A stretch of DNA of 64,000 nucleotides from Mobula hypostoma (Eukaryota). The stretch is from the NCBI RefSeq assembly GCF_963921235.1, contig NC_086097.1:100008001-100072000 (forward strand). The letters are read 5' to 3'. Every line of letters begins with the position of its first letter. Position 1 is the stretch's first letter. Below are positions 26,771-38,639 of the stretch, piece by piece. The position numbers and the translations under genes were made by a program. The notes below the pieces were generated by a model. The model was not told the origin of the DNA. It did no database searches and saw only the letters and a program-made list of their open reading frames with translations.

Positions 26771-26871
26771 CAGGTACATCAGGTGGCAGTGAAGTACTGC
26801 TAGTTGGTTCACCTGCTGACATACTGGAACTATTCTGCTCATTGGATTCACTCGAGTCACACTGCTGGTTC
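26771..26871 (-). CDS. DCAF4: DCAF4 coding exon 2 (R-NQQCDSSESNEQNSSSMSAGEPTSSTSLPPDVP)
   Basis: ctcag| acceptor; 101 nt; ends CCT G|gcaagt (GC donor, phase 1), giving VP-ELPG as in DCAF4. Confidence 0.8.
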
Positions 26872-27738
26872 CTGAGCATCATCATAAATTCAGGAGAAAA
26901 ATAATAATAAGTGCTGTGTATTAAAGTCTTCAAATTCTCAGAAACTGTAAATAAATAATAGTACTGAGCTACTACCAGTATAAAACACACACTGACACTC
27001 ACATGTGGGTTCTTAAATAAAATGCACTCCAACCAACAGAATATATTCATACTTTTTAAAATTGAAAAAAAATCAACTGGTCCTCACTATCAGCTAACAC
27101 AGTCGCTGATTTTCAGTTACTTGGATGTAGAAACATCACCTACAGCTAAGCCGCATTGTCTACAACTTTCATGGTGTCAACAGTTGAAATAAACTTCCTC
27201 TCCTCAGCAACATGAATCTATTTAACTAAACTATGGCTGCAAATTAGGCATTAAAAAGAAACAACTCCTGCAAAAGTCCACTTTAATCACAGAAACACTT
27301 TTGGTAATGTCAGTTTCAAACCCAAATATTTAATTTGAGAGGTAGTAGCAAAGACAAAGAGTATTCCCTCAGCATGGTTTCTCTTTAAAGGAAAGCTAGC
27401 TGTCTGAAAGTGATAGACGCAGGATCAACAGTACTTGTTAAATACAAAGTACTTAAAAGAGAAACATTACAGCCAATGAAGGAAAGAAAAGGGTGTAGGA
27501 CCAATATGACCTGATTACATTGAGCTCAACAGCCTTGCTCTAAGGCAAGTTATTCTAGTAATTGTTAGAAAGTGATTTAATCAGATAATTGAAATGTCAG
27601 CAGATTCATCAACACAAGAGCCATATCTTTGGCAGGCAGGGACAGATTACAGTGTTACAGCCTTAGTAAAGATACAAAATCTGAGACTAAATTTGATATG
27701 TTTTGCAACAGCACATAAAATTTTAAATTTCACTTGAC

Positions 27739-27830
27739 CTGCGACCATAATTTGCTCGGTATTGTTGATTATGTCGTCGTTGATGGCGGTGTGTAAATTG
27801 CCTCCTACGCTGCCATTTATTGCTTTCCAT
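27739..27830 (-). CDS. DCAF4: DCAF4 first coding exon (MESNKWQRRRQFTHRHQRRHNQQYRANYGR)
   Basis: Acceptor tctttacag|AA ATG; 92 coding nt; donor AG|gtcaag (phase 2) fits the next exon; R/H/Q-rich N-terminus resembles vertebrate DCAF4. Confidence 0.8.
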
Positions 27831-28894
27831 TTCTGTAAAGATAAGAAACATTATTTATAAACAGGTGAATCAGTACTGGGATTGTATAAACATTCATCAA
27901 TTGCCAGAACTAAATTCCTCCAGTTTCCTTCGACTTCTTCACTCAAAGGACATGCAAGTATGGAATGAGCTGCCAAGCGGAAACGGTAGATGCCGGTTCA
28001 ATTGTAACATTTAAGAACAGTTGGATGGGTACATGGATATCAGAGGTATGGAGGACTATGGTCTGGGTGCAGATAGCTGGGACTAGGCAGAAAACCTGGC
28101 CAGCATGGACTAGATGGACCTAAGAGCCTGTTTCTGTGCTCTAATGACTCTACAACTGTTTTGTGGGGCTGACATATACTATATATTAGCTGAGTCCTAG
28201 ACAGCCCCATTAATAGATATATTATTTCTATGAATACTCAGTCCCGCCTCATCAGAATTGTGTAAGTTTCATTTCTCATTGTTCCAAACTCTGAAGTGTA
28301 CCGTCTACTGATAGGACAAAGCTTCTTTTCCCAGTAACTAATTTGGTAATCTCTCTGTATCTTCAGCATATCCTTTCTTTATATAAAATCTGATCTTTAC
28401 ACAATATTCCAGTATCAACTGACTAGGGCCCTATACACTGCCAGCAAGACATCTTCCCTATGGTCCTGAAATCCTCCTACAATAAAGGCTGAGACACTAT
28501 TTTCCTTTGGAAGTTTTCATTGCTGGCACAGAAAGCAATTCAAATGACTTATGTACAAGGACACTCAGGTTCCTCCTTTCAGCACCTTCCATTCTCTCAC
28601 TACTTAAAAAACACCTGTAATTTGCCCCAAATACATCATACTTTGACAAATTAAATTCCTTCTATATGTCCATGTTAATCACTTAGCCTATCAATAATCT
28701 TAAATTCCTTCTAAGCAAGTTCATCAATTCACTCAGCCTATCTATAACCTCTTGAAGTATCCTCACAACCAACACTGAAAGGAAATAGCATTTCTTTTTA
28801 ATGATAATACATCAAGTTCCCAGTTTATAACAAGGTTCAGTTCCTGAGAACTCTCCACATTAAAACAAAACAAAAACTTCACACCATCTTAAAA

Positions 28895-29132
28895 ACTAGA
28901 GAAAATCTGCAGATGCTGGAAATCTGAGCAACACACACAAAACGCTGGAGCAACTCAGCAGGACAGGCAGCATCTATGGAAAGGAGTACAGATGATGTTT
29001 CAGGCCGAGACCCTTCATCAGGACTCATGAAGAAGGCTCTCAACCTGAAAAGTCGACTGCACCCTTTTCCAGAGATGCTGCCTGGCCTGCTGAATTCCTC
29101 CAGCATTTTGTGTATGTTGCTTGGATTTCCAG
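28895..29132. mobile_element. Foldback insertion of two inverted hammerhead-bearing Penelope termini
   Basis: Arms are reverse complements; CATCTTAAAA duplicated at 28885-28894 and 29133-29142. Confidence 0.75.
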
Positions 29133-29529
29133 CATCTTAAAAGTTTCTTCCCTAGGCAGTTAATCTGATCAACCACTCTGTTTAGAGTACCCCCCCCATC
29201 CACCTCTATAACTTCCATCACTACACTGTAAACAATTTAAACCACTTTTTATAATGCTTTTTACATCGTAAATACATGCTGGTATTTATGTATTTATACA
29301 TATTTTATTCCATATCTGTACTTCTAACTTTATTTTTTTAAACTTAATAACTTAATTTACATATTACTATTTAAGTATTTATAGTTCTATTACTATTTAT
29401 TATTTATGGTGCAACTGTAACGAAAACCAATTTCCCCCGGAATCAATAAAGTATGACTATGACTACTTTTATGTAATTCGTTAAAATTGTTGAATGTTTT
29501 TGTTGCATATCGCACCAACACACCAAAGT

Positions 29530-30300
29530 TCAAAGTCAAAGAAAATTCATTATCAAAGTACATATGTCACCATACACAACCCTGAGATTCATTTTCTCGT
29601 GGGCATACTCAATAAATCCACAATAGAATACTAACCATAATAGAACCAATGAAAGACCGTGCCAGCCTGGGTGTTCAACCAATGTGAAAAAGACAACAAA
29701 CTACAAATACAGAAAGAAAAAAGTTAATAATTAATAAGTATCAAGAACATGAAATGAAAAGTCCTTGTAAGTGAGTTATGGGAACATTTCGGTGATGGAG
29801 CAAGTGAAATTGAGTTAAGTTACAAAACACTGGAGGAACTCAGCAGGCCAGACAGCGTCTATGGAAAAGAGTACACAGCCGATGTTTTGGGCTGAGACCC
29901 TTCATTAGGACAGGTGAAGTCCTGATGGAAGGTCTCGACCCAAAACACCAACCGTTTACTCTTTACCATGGATGCTGCCTGACCTGCTGAGTTCCTCCAG
30001 CATTTTGTGTATGTTGCTTGGATTTCCAGCATCTGCAGATTTTCTCTTTGTTGAGTGAAATTATCACCTTTGGTTTAAGAGCCTGAAGTTTGAGGGGCAA
30101 CAACCGTTTCTGAACTTGGTAGTGTGGGTCCTGAGGCTCCTACACCTTCTTCCAGATAGCAGCAGTGAGAAGAGAGCATGACTTGGGTGTAGGGGAGGGG
30201 GGCAAACCCTGATGATGGATATTGCCCTCCTGTGACAATGCTCCGTGTAGATGTGCTCAATGGAGGAGAGGGCTTTACCAGTGATGGACTGGGCTTCATC
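29530..30300 (-). mobile_element. Rex1/Babar 3' fragment interrupted by a second foldback hammerhead insertion (29823-30050)
   Basis: HPSHALFSLLLSGRR.RSLRT.T; imperfect TSD TTGAGTTAAGTTA / TTGAGTGAAATTA. Confidence 0.75.
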
Positions 30301-33300
30301 CATTACAGCAAATTCCTAATTCATATAAATGTGGTGATTGCCCATCATGTCCAATGATGACAGGAAACCTGTGCAGGAGAGTAATTAAAGTGGAAAAGCC
30401 ACTGTACTGGGGCAGTTCCACTCTCTTTACCTCAGAAGTCCAGGTCCAGTGGTACCAACTGGGATCTTCCTTGGTTGCAGTGGATGACCAAGACACCTTC
30501 AGTACCTTGTCATGCCCTTCATTCTCCATGGAGCATTGCAGAACCACCTTCCTGGCCATTGGCTCTCACTGTAGATCTCATCCGCTCAGTCTGCCAGAGC
30601 TGACTTCGCATGCTAAGATAGGCGTGTCCTTATCTCACCAGGCCTGAGACTGCCAGCTACCCTCATGTGGTTTAGCCTGCTTGTTGAAGCAGTGTATCGG
30701 GGTGTGGCTGCTGTCACATACAAAGAGCTACTTGGAGCCAGAGGTGAGAGCTGAGTGTTCGGTGGGGATCAAAGGTGAGTGAGCTGCCCCAGAATGGACG
30801 TGACAAGCCCCTTTACCAGAGGTGCTATCACTCCCTGGATAGCCCAATGTAAATAATAATTCTATATAAATAACCCTACATATAAATGTATATGGCAAAT
30901 AAAGTTCCTCGAGAAGCCAAACTGTTTCAACTAAAGTTGAAATTGAATAAAAACACAAAACGTTCACAGGAACAGCAGTCACCAGGCACATGAAGAGCTG
31001 CCTCCAACTGGCCTCTCTGACCCTAAGAGTCAGCAGGTGAGTCTGCTCAGCGTTCCCAGCTCTACTTGGCTTGACTCGACCCTGCCCAGATGTTGGGGCT
31101 CAAGTCGGATGGTAAGGGAAGGCAAGCAGAAGTGCCCTGTTCCCACCTGTAAAAAGATCCCTACAGTCCTGCAACCACCAGTTAATCCACCCCACCAGTC
31201 TCCCAAATGGTTATTCATTTGCATGGGATATCCATTAGCATTTGTAATCTGGAGAGGACCTGTATATACTGCACAATCACAAAATCATGCCCCAATCTGC
31301 ATCAGGTACACAATTTATAGTTCTATATGAGGAGAGAAGTTCTACTCAGTATGTTGTCCAATGCTTAAGCCTCTAACGAATAGTGCTACCTGGCCATTGA
31401 CATATTGCTGTTAAGCAGAAATATTTAATACTGAAAAATTGGACAATCTTAATAGAGGATTTGTTTACAGATGTCAGCAGTCTTATGACAACTGTATAAG
31501 GCCTTGGTGAGACCAAACTTGGAGATGCCTGTGTAATATGGCTCTCCTTACTTGAGAAAATATATACTTATCACAGGGAGATTCCAGGAATGTCATGAGG
31601 AAAGAATGAGTAGACTACAACTGTATTCTTAGCCTTTGTAATGAATGATGACAAGAGATCTCATCAAAACTTAAACGTTCTTAAATGGCTTGACAGGACA
31701 GATGCAGCAGAAATTTCCCCAAAATGATTTTAGGACCAGGGCACATATTTTGAGAATAAGAAGGCAGCTATTAAGACTGGAATGTCTTCACCCAGAGGGT
31801 GGTGAACCTTCTGGCTCTAACCCAGACAACAGGGGAAGCTCAGTACTTTTACAGCAGAGATGCTTGGATTTTTGAGTATTCCAGGAATCAAGAGATCAGG
31901 GGACAGTGCTGTAAAGTGGCACTTGAGGGCGTGTGTTGTTATGTTTGTAGGACTTTGGCATTAGCAAATTGGTTGCTGTATTTCTCACATTCCAACACTC
32001 AACAAGTATTTAATTTGCTGGAATGTGGGATGTCCCAAAGGTCTGGAAGAACCTATTTAATGCTTCTCCTTTGATTCCTCTTTTTAACTGTTCCAGTCTT
32101 GGATATCTTCACCTGTCCTTGCAAATCATCACCTTGATTCTTCACAACTTTAGTATTTTCCTACTCTCCTGCCTTTACAATAGATGATATTCCTTTACAT
32201 AATCACAGATTCCCTCTTTGCATTCTTCTCCACATTGTCTGGAATAGCAATTCTAAAAGCATCATTCTAATCCTGCTATTCTGCAGATGCTGGAGATCGA
32301 GCAACACACACAAAAAGCTGTTCTGATCTATTCTGATAAACGGTCTCAGCTCAAAATAGCAACTGCTCATTTCTCTCCATTATACTGCCTGACTTGCTGA
32401 GTTCCTTCAGCAATTTGCTTATGTTGCCCTCATTGCATTGACTTTGTAGACACTGCCCATAATCATCAGAATATCCCCTCACTATGAACCAGACCAAAGC
32501 AATCTTTCCACCTCACAAAGATATCCAACCTTCATGAAAGAAGACTGCAATTTCCTCAGAGTTCCAATAGATTTGTCAGGGAAGATTTCCCCTTGGAAAC
32601 CATGCTGACTCCAAGTACCCTGAAACCTCATCCTTAATAATGGACCCTAACATCTTGCCAACCACCTCAGTCTGATTAATGGGCCTATAATTTCCTTTCT
32701 TTTGCCTCTCTCCATTCTTAAAGAGTAGAGTGACATTTGCAATTTTCCAGTTCTTTGGAAATATTCCAGAATCTAGTGATTCTTGAAAGATCATTACTAA
32801 TGCCTCCACAACCTCTCCAGCTACCTCCTTCAGAACCCTGGAGCGTAGATCATCAGGTCACCAATTCATATCTTGGTCTGCCACCTTAATTTCTGTTACT
32901 TTCTCTTGTTTTGAGGGCATCACCTTGCTACATTAGCTTCTCTTTAAACACCTCCTTTCTCACAGAGGCATCTTTACCACCACATCCTCTGCAGTGAGCA
33001 AGAACCCATGCTTTGGAATTTGGCCATCAGGCATCTGGCCCTCTCCAATCAACAAGAACTTTCATCAACTCCACCTAATACTCCAAATGTGGCCTAATCA
33101 GAATTCTATACAGAGGCAGCATGACTTCCCTATTTTTATACTCAATGTCTTAAAATGATGAAGTCAAGAATGCCAGGCACCTTCTTTTTCACCGATCTAT
33201 CCATGCTGCCACTTTCAGGGAGCTATAGATGCACACAACACAGTAAGATACTGAAGAAGTAGGCCGTTGGGCCCATCCAATCCGCTCCATAATTTAATCA

Positions 33301-33319
33301 TTCCTGATTTTTTTAAAAA

Positions 33320-34040
33320 ACGCAAACAACAGGAATTCTGCAGATGCTGGAAATTCAAGCCACACACATAAAAGTTGCTGGTGAACGCAGCAGGCCAGGC
33401 AGCATCTCTAGGAAGAGGTGCAGTCGACGTTTCAGGCCGAGACCCTTCGTCAGGACTGGAAAGGTGGCCTCATCTTGGCACAAGAAGCCATGGATTAACG
33501 TGCTGGAATGGGAATTAAAATCATTGGCCACCGGGAAATTCCGCTTTTGCCGGATGGAGCGGAGGTGCTCAACAAAGCAGTCCCCCAATCTACAACAGGT
33601 CTCACCAATATACAGGAGGCTGCATCAGGAGCACCAGACACAATAGAGGACCCCAGCAGTTTCACAGGTGAAGTGTTGCCTTACCTGCTTGAGGCCCTGA
33701 ATGGAGGTGACCGAGGAGGTGAATGGGCAGGTGCTGCACTTTGGCCACTTGCAGGAATATGTACCAGGAGGAAGATTAGGGGGGAGGGACAAATGGACAA
33801 GGGAATCATGGATGGAGCAATCTCTGCAAAAAGCAGGGAATGGGGGGAGGATGTAAAGATATGTTTGGAGGTAGTGGAACCTTTGGAATCAGCGGAAATC
33901 GTGGAGAATGATGTGATGGATGCAGAGGCTCATGGGTGGTAGGTGAGGACATGTGGAACACTATCCCAGTTAAGGTGGCGGGAAGACAGTGAGAGTGCAG
34001 ATGTTTGGGATAATGGTGGAGATTCATGTGAGGGCAGCGT
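33320..34040 (-). mobile_element. Penelope-like fragment: GIY-YIG region fused to a hammerhead terminus
   Basis: LGDCFVEHLRSI, PVANDFNS; terminus at 33320-33458. Confidence 0.8.
33421..33458 (-). ncRNA. Minimal type I hammerhead ribozyme (Penelope-type), intact core
   Basis: Minus strand reads CAGTC-CTGACGA-AGG GTCTCGG CCT-GAAA-CGTC-GACTG: 5-bp stem I, CUGANGA, stem II, GAAA, palindromic ACGU stem III, GUC cleavage triplet. Confidence 0.8.
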
Positions 34041-34894
34041 CAGTTCTGGTGCTGCCCTCACCCAACAGATGTTAAAAGGCTCTATCCAAGCTTTCATTCC
34101 TGGGATCATTCATATGAACCTTCTCTGAATCCTGTCCAAGGCCCATGCATCCTTCAGGGCTTCAGCAGTATATTGTTGTTTTTATATTCTTGTCCTCTTG
34201 AAATGAATGCTCTTTCTGCAAGATCTCTCTGTACATTAATACCTCCAAGTACTTAACTTACCAAAGTGTAATAGCTTGTACTTGCCAGAGAAAACTCCAT
34301 CTGCCATTTTTCTGTGCATATTTCTAACTCAGCAATATCCTGCAATGTCTTGAGAGTTTTCCCCACCATCCACAAGTTCCCCAATGTTCACGTCATGTGC
34401 AAACTTACGAAACAAGCCACCTACATTTTTGTCCACATCACAAACAACAGTAAATAGAAGAGCAAGTTCAAGGAGCCGAGTGGCCCTCCATCTGCTCCAC
34501 AGTAACCATTGTGGCAATTGTCAAGGGGCCTCCCTGCTGCCTGCACCAGGTAAATCCTCTTCAATGAGCTCCACCCTGTGGTTGGAAAGCACTAGTCATA
34601 ATGCAGGTCCTGTCCAGTGAAACAAGATTCTCAATCTTCCTTGACATTATACAGCAGCTTCATCTGTTGGAAAGGAGTTAATCTGCCGATCAAATACACA
34701 ACTGTTTGATGTTCATCAGCTCCATTCCAGACCCAAAGACCAACCCACCTTCAGTCTTTCACTTCCAATAAACAGACAATGCAATGTATTTGCACATTCA
34801 GATATCCAAATCATTGATAATTCCTTCAAGTGGATGAGAGATTGATCCCTACAATACACTTCTAGTCAGTCTATCTGGCAGCTGTGATCTCTGT

Positions 34895-37185
34895 CATAGA
34901 ATATAGTCATAGAAAAGTACAGCACAGAAACAGGTCCCTTGGCCCATTTAGTGCATGAAGTTGCTCAGTCTCATTGACCTACACCCAGACCATAGCCCTT
35001 CATATCCCTGCCATCCACGTATTTATCCAAACTTCTCTTAATTATTGAAATCAAGTTCGCATGCACCACTGACGCTGGCTACTCGTCCAACACTATTGAC
35101 CCACTGAGTGAATAAATTTTCCCTCATGTCCCCCTTAAACTTTTCACCTTTCAACCTTAACCCCTGATCTCCAGTTGTAGTCCCACCCAACCTCAGTGGT
35201 TAAAGTCTGCTTGCATTTACCCTATTTATACCCCTCATAATTTTGTATACCTATACCAAATCTCCCTTCCATCTTCTACAGTCCAAAGAATAAAAAGTAC
35301 TAACCTATTCAAATTTTCCTTATAAGTCAGGTCCTCCAGTCCCAGTAATATCTTTGTAAATGTTCTCTTTCCTCTTTCAACCTTATTTACATCTTTCCTG
35401 TAGGTAGGTGACCAAACCTGCACACAATACTTCAAATTAGGTCTCACCAACGTCTTATACAACTTCAATGTAACATCCCAATACATTGTCCTTCATAAAT
35501 CGAAGTACCAAAAGCTTTCTTTACAACCTTCAGGGTATCCTGCATGAGAACTCCCAAGTCCCGTTGCATCTCAGAACTTTGAATTCTCTCCCCATTTAAA
35601 TAATAGTCTGCCCATTTATTTCTTCTGTCAAAGTGCATAACCATACACTTTCCAACATTGTATTTCATTTGCCACTTTTTTGCCCATTCTTCCAATCTAT
35701 CCAAGACTCTCTGCAGACTCTCTGTTTCCTCAGCACTACCGGCCCCTCCACCTATCTTCGTATCGTCAGCAAACTTAGCCACAAAGCCATCTATTCCATA
35801 ACCCAAATTGTTGATGTACAACGTAAAAAGAAGCGGCCCCAACACAGACCCCTGTAGAATACCACTGGTAACCGGCAGCCAACCAGAATAGGACCCCTTT
35901 ATTCCCACTCCCTGTTTCCTGCCAATCAGCCAATGCTCTATCCACGTATGTAACTTTCCCGTAATTCCATGGGCTCTTATCTTGTTAAGTAGCCTCATGT
36001 GTGGCACCTTGTCAAAGGCCTTCTGAAAATCCAAATATACAACATCCACTGCATCTCCTTTGTCTAGCCTACTTGTAATTTCCTCAAAAAATTGTAATAG
36101 GTTTGTCAGGCAGGATTTTCCTTTAAGGAATCCATGCTGAGTTCTGCCTATCTTGTCATATGCCTCCAGGTACTCCGTAACCTCATCCTTGACAATCGAC
36201 TCCAACAACTTCCCAACCACCAATGTCAAGCTAACAGGTTTATAATTTCCTTTTTGCTTCCTTGCCCCCTTCTTAAATAGCGGAGTGACATTTGCAATCT
36301 TCCAGTCCTCCGGAACCATGCCAGAATCTATCGACTTTTGAAAGATCATCGCTAATGCCTCTGCCATCTCCACAGCTACTTCCTTCAGAACACAACGGTG
36401 CATTCCATCTGGTCTGGGAGATTTATCTACCTTTAGCCTATTCAGCTTCCTGAGTACTTTCTCTGTCGTAATTGTGACTGCGCACACTTCTCTTCCCTGC
36501 CACCCTTGAGTGTCCGGTATACTGCTGTCTTCATCAGTGAAGACTGATGCAAAATAATCGTTCAGTTCCTCCGCCATCTCCTTATCTCCCATTACAATTT
36601 CTCCAGCATCATTTTCTATCGGTCCTATATCTACTCTCACCTGTCTTTTACTCTTTATATACTTGAAAAAGCTTTTAGTATTCTCTTTGATATTATCTGC
36701 TAGCTTCCTTTCATTGTTCTTTTCCCTCTTAATCACCTTCTTAATTTCCTTTTGTAAGCTTTTAAAAACTTCCCAATCCTCTGTCTTCCCACTAATTTTT
36801 GCTCCCTTGTACGCCCTCTCCTTTGCTTTAACTTTGGCTTTGACCTCTCTTGTCAACCCTGAACTTGCCCATCCCTGAAGACAGACTCACTGATCTATAA
36901 TTTCCTGGGTTATCTCTACTCCCTTCTTTTGCAACATTTGCAACCCCCCAGTCCTCTGGCACTTCTCCCATCCCTATTGATGATGCAAAGATAAAGCCTC
37001 GGGTATATCTCATCCGGACCTGGCGACTTACCTAACTTAATGATTTTCAAAAGCTCCAACACATCCTTTTTCTTAATGTCTATATGCTCAAGCGTTTCAG
37101 TCCGCTGCAAATCATCCCCACAATTGCCAAGATCCTTTTCCCTGATGAATAGTGAAGCAAAGTATTCATTTAAGTAGCTCTGCTA
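34895..37185 (-). mobile_element. Composite CR1; the 35524-36856 block is near-identical to 39533-40860
   Basis: RT ORF 35465-36856; flanks belong to a different CR1 subfamily. Confidence 0.9.
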
Positions 37186-37699
37186 CCTAGATGAGGAAGA
37201 ATTTCTTTAGCCAGAGGATGGTGAATCTGTGGAATTCACTGATGGTTGTGGAGGACAAGTCATAGGGGTACATTTAAAGCAGAGGTGAAAGTATCTTGAT
37301 TAGTAAGGATGTCAAAGGTTAGAGAGAAAGTTCAGGAGAAAGGAGTTGAAAGGGAAAATAAATCAGTCATGATCAAATGTTGGAGCAGACTCGATGGACT
37401 GAATGGCCTAATTTTGCTCCCATGTCTTATGGTCTTAAAACCAGGGTGGAATCAAGTCACCTCAATCATGTTTACAGACTAGGAGGATTTTATGGAAACC
37501 TAGCCAATGGCTTTGTGGTTACTACTGCAGGTAATTCACATAGTCATACTTTATTGATCCCGGGGGAAATTGGTTGTCAAATTTCAGGGATCACAGCTAC
37601 CCTATGGATCATGAGCTTGTCGTAGGGGCCATCCTCTCAAACACTTGAAGGAGTCAGTCAGGAGCCAAAGGTCCGAAAATGTCAGAGTTATGCACGGAT

Positions 37700-38620
37700 A
37701 GCCTCATCATCCCAACGTGTCCAAGCTGACCGATTGAGACACAAGCGACTGCAGAAGCTGGAATGTGGAGCAATAAGCATTCAGGTTCTACAGGAGGAAC
37801 TCAGCAGGCCGAGCAGAATCAATATGAGGAGAGGAATTGTCGACGTTTCAGGTCGAATCCCTGCATCAGATCTCGAAACGTCGTCGACAATTCCTTTCCT
37901 CCCCTTCCCCATCCAGATACTGCTCGACCCACAGACTGCTGGGTCTTAACCAACTGCCGAGCGGAGCTGATCCAATTTGTATGCTGAATCATATTCCTCT
38001 CCACGAATCTCTCCCAATGCGTTCCGTGTTTCACTGCATTGCCTGTTCGTTGTAAAGCAAGGACCGAGGTGGCGGTGGTCTTTGGGACAGGGCTGAGGCA
38101 GAGGGCCCAAGGCACCGGACCCTGAACAACGCTTGCAGCTGACGGTGGAGATCATCATTATCTCACCTCGGTTGTATACGTACAAACACCCGACGACTCA
38201 CAGCAGTCGCTGATTCTTGTGAACTGAACGCAAGAACACCACTAACCATTTAAACTGCCGCCAAACCTTAAAACGACATTCACAGAACTACCGACCGACA
38301 GAAGCCTACCGGCAGTCAATCCAATACGCATGCTCAGAGAGGCATGCGCATGCCCGGAGCAAACATGACGGGCAGGTCCAGTGTCGGTTGGTAGGTATGC
38401 GCATGCTCCAATCTTACTTGCGGTGCCGGACCCGCTCTTGCCGGCTGGTACATGCTCAGACTTTAACTCCTCCGCATGCGCACTGCGGCTCCACCCGGCC
38501 GCTCACGGTCGGGACGCGGCGCCGTTCGGTCGGTTTGCCCTCTCTCGGAGCTGGCGTTCTGGTGGATAAGAACGTGTGCAGTGCTTGCAAAGTAGAGAAC
38601 GGTATCGGATTCGAAACTTG
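37700..38620. promoter_or_regulatory. CpG-rich promoter with clustered NRF1-type GCGCATGCGC motifs and CCAAT
   Basis: CpG-rich unique stretch; motifs at 38325-38336, 38341-38354 (perfect palindrome GGCATGCGCATGCC), 38398-38408 and 38472-38482; CCAAT at 38321. Confidence 0.8.
38167..38330 (-). other. DCAF4: Probable non-coding exon 1 of DCAF4 (boundaries approximate)
   Basis: Minus-strand donors GCT|GTGAGT (38202/38201) and GAG|GTGAGA (38167/38166) just downstream of the CpG-rich promoter; the first coding exon has an acceptor 2 nt before the ATG, so an upstream exon is required. Confidence 0.55.
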
Positions 38621-38639
38621 TGTTGGGTTTGAAATTACT

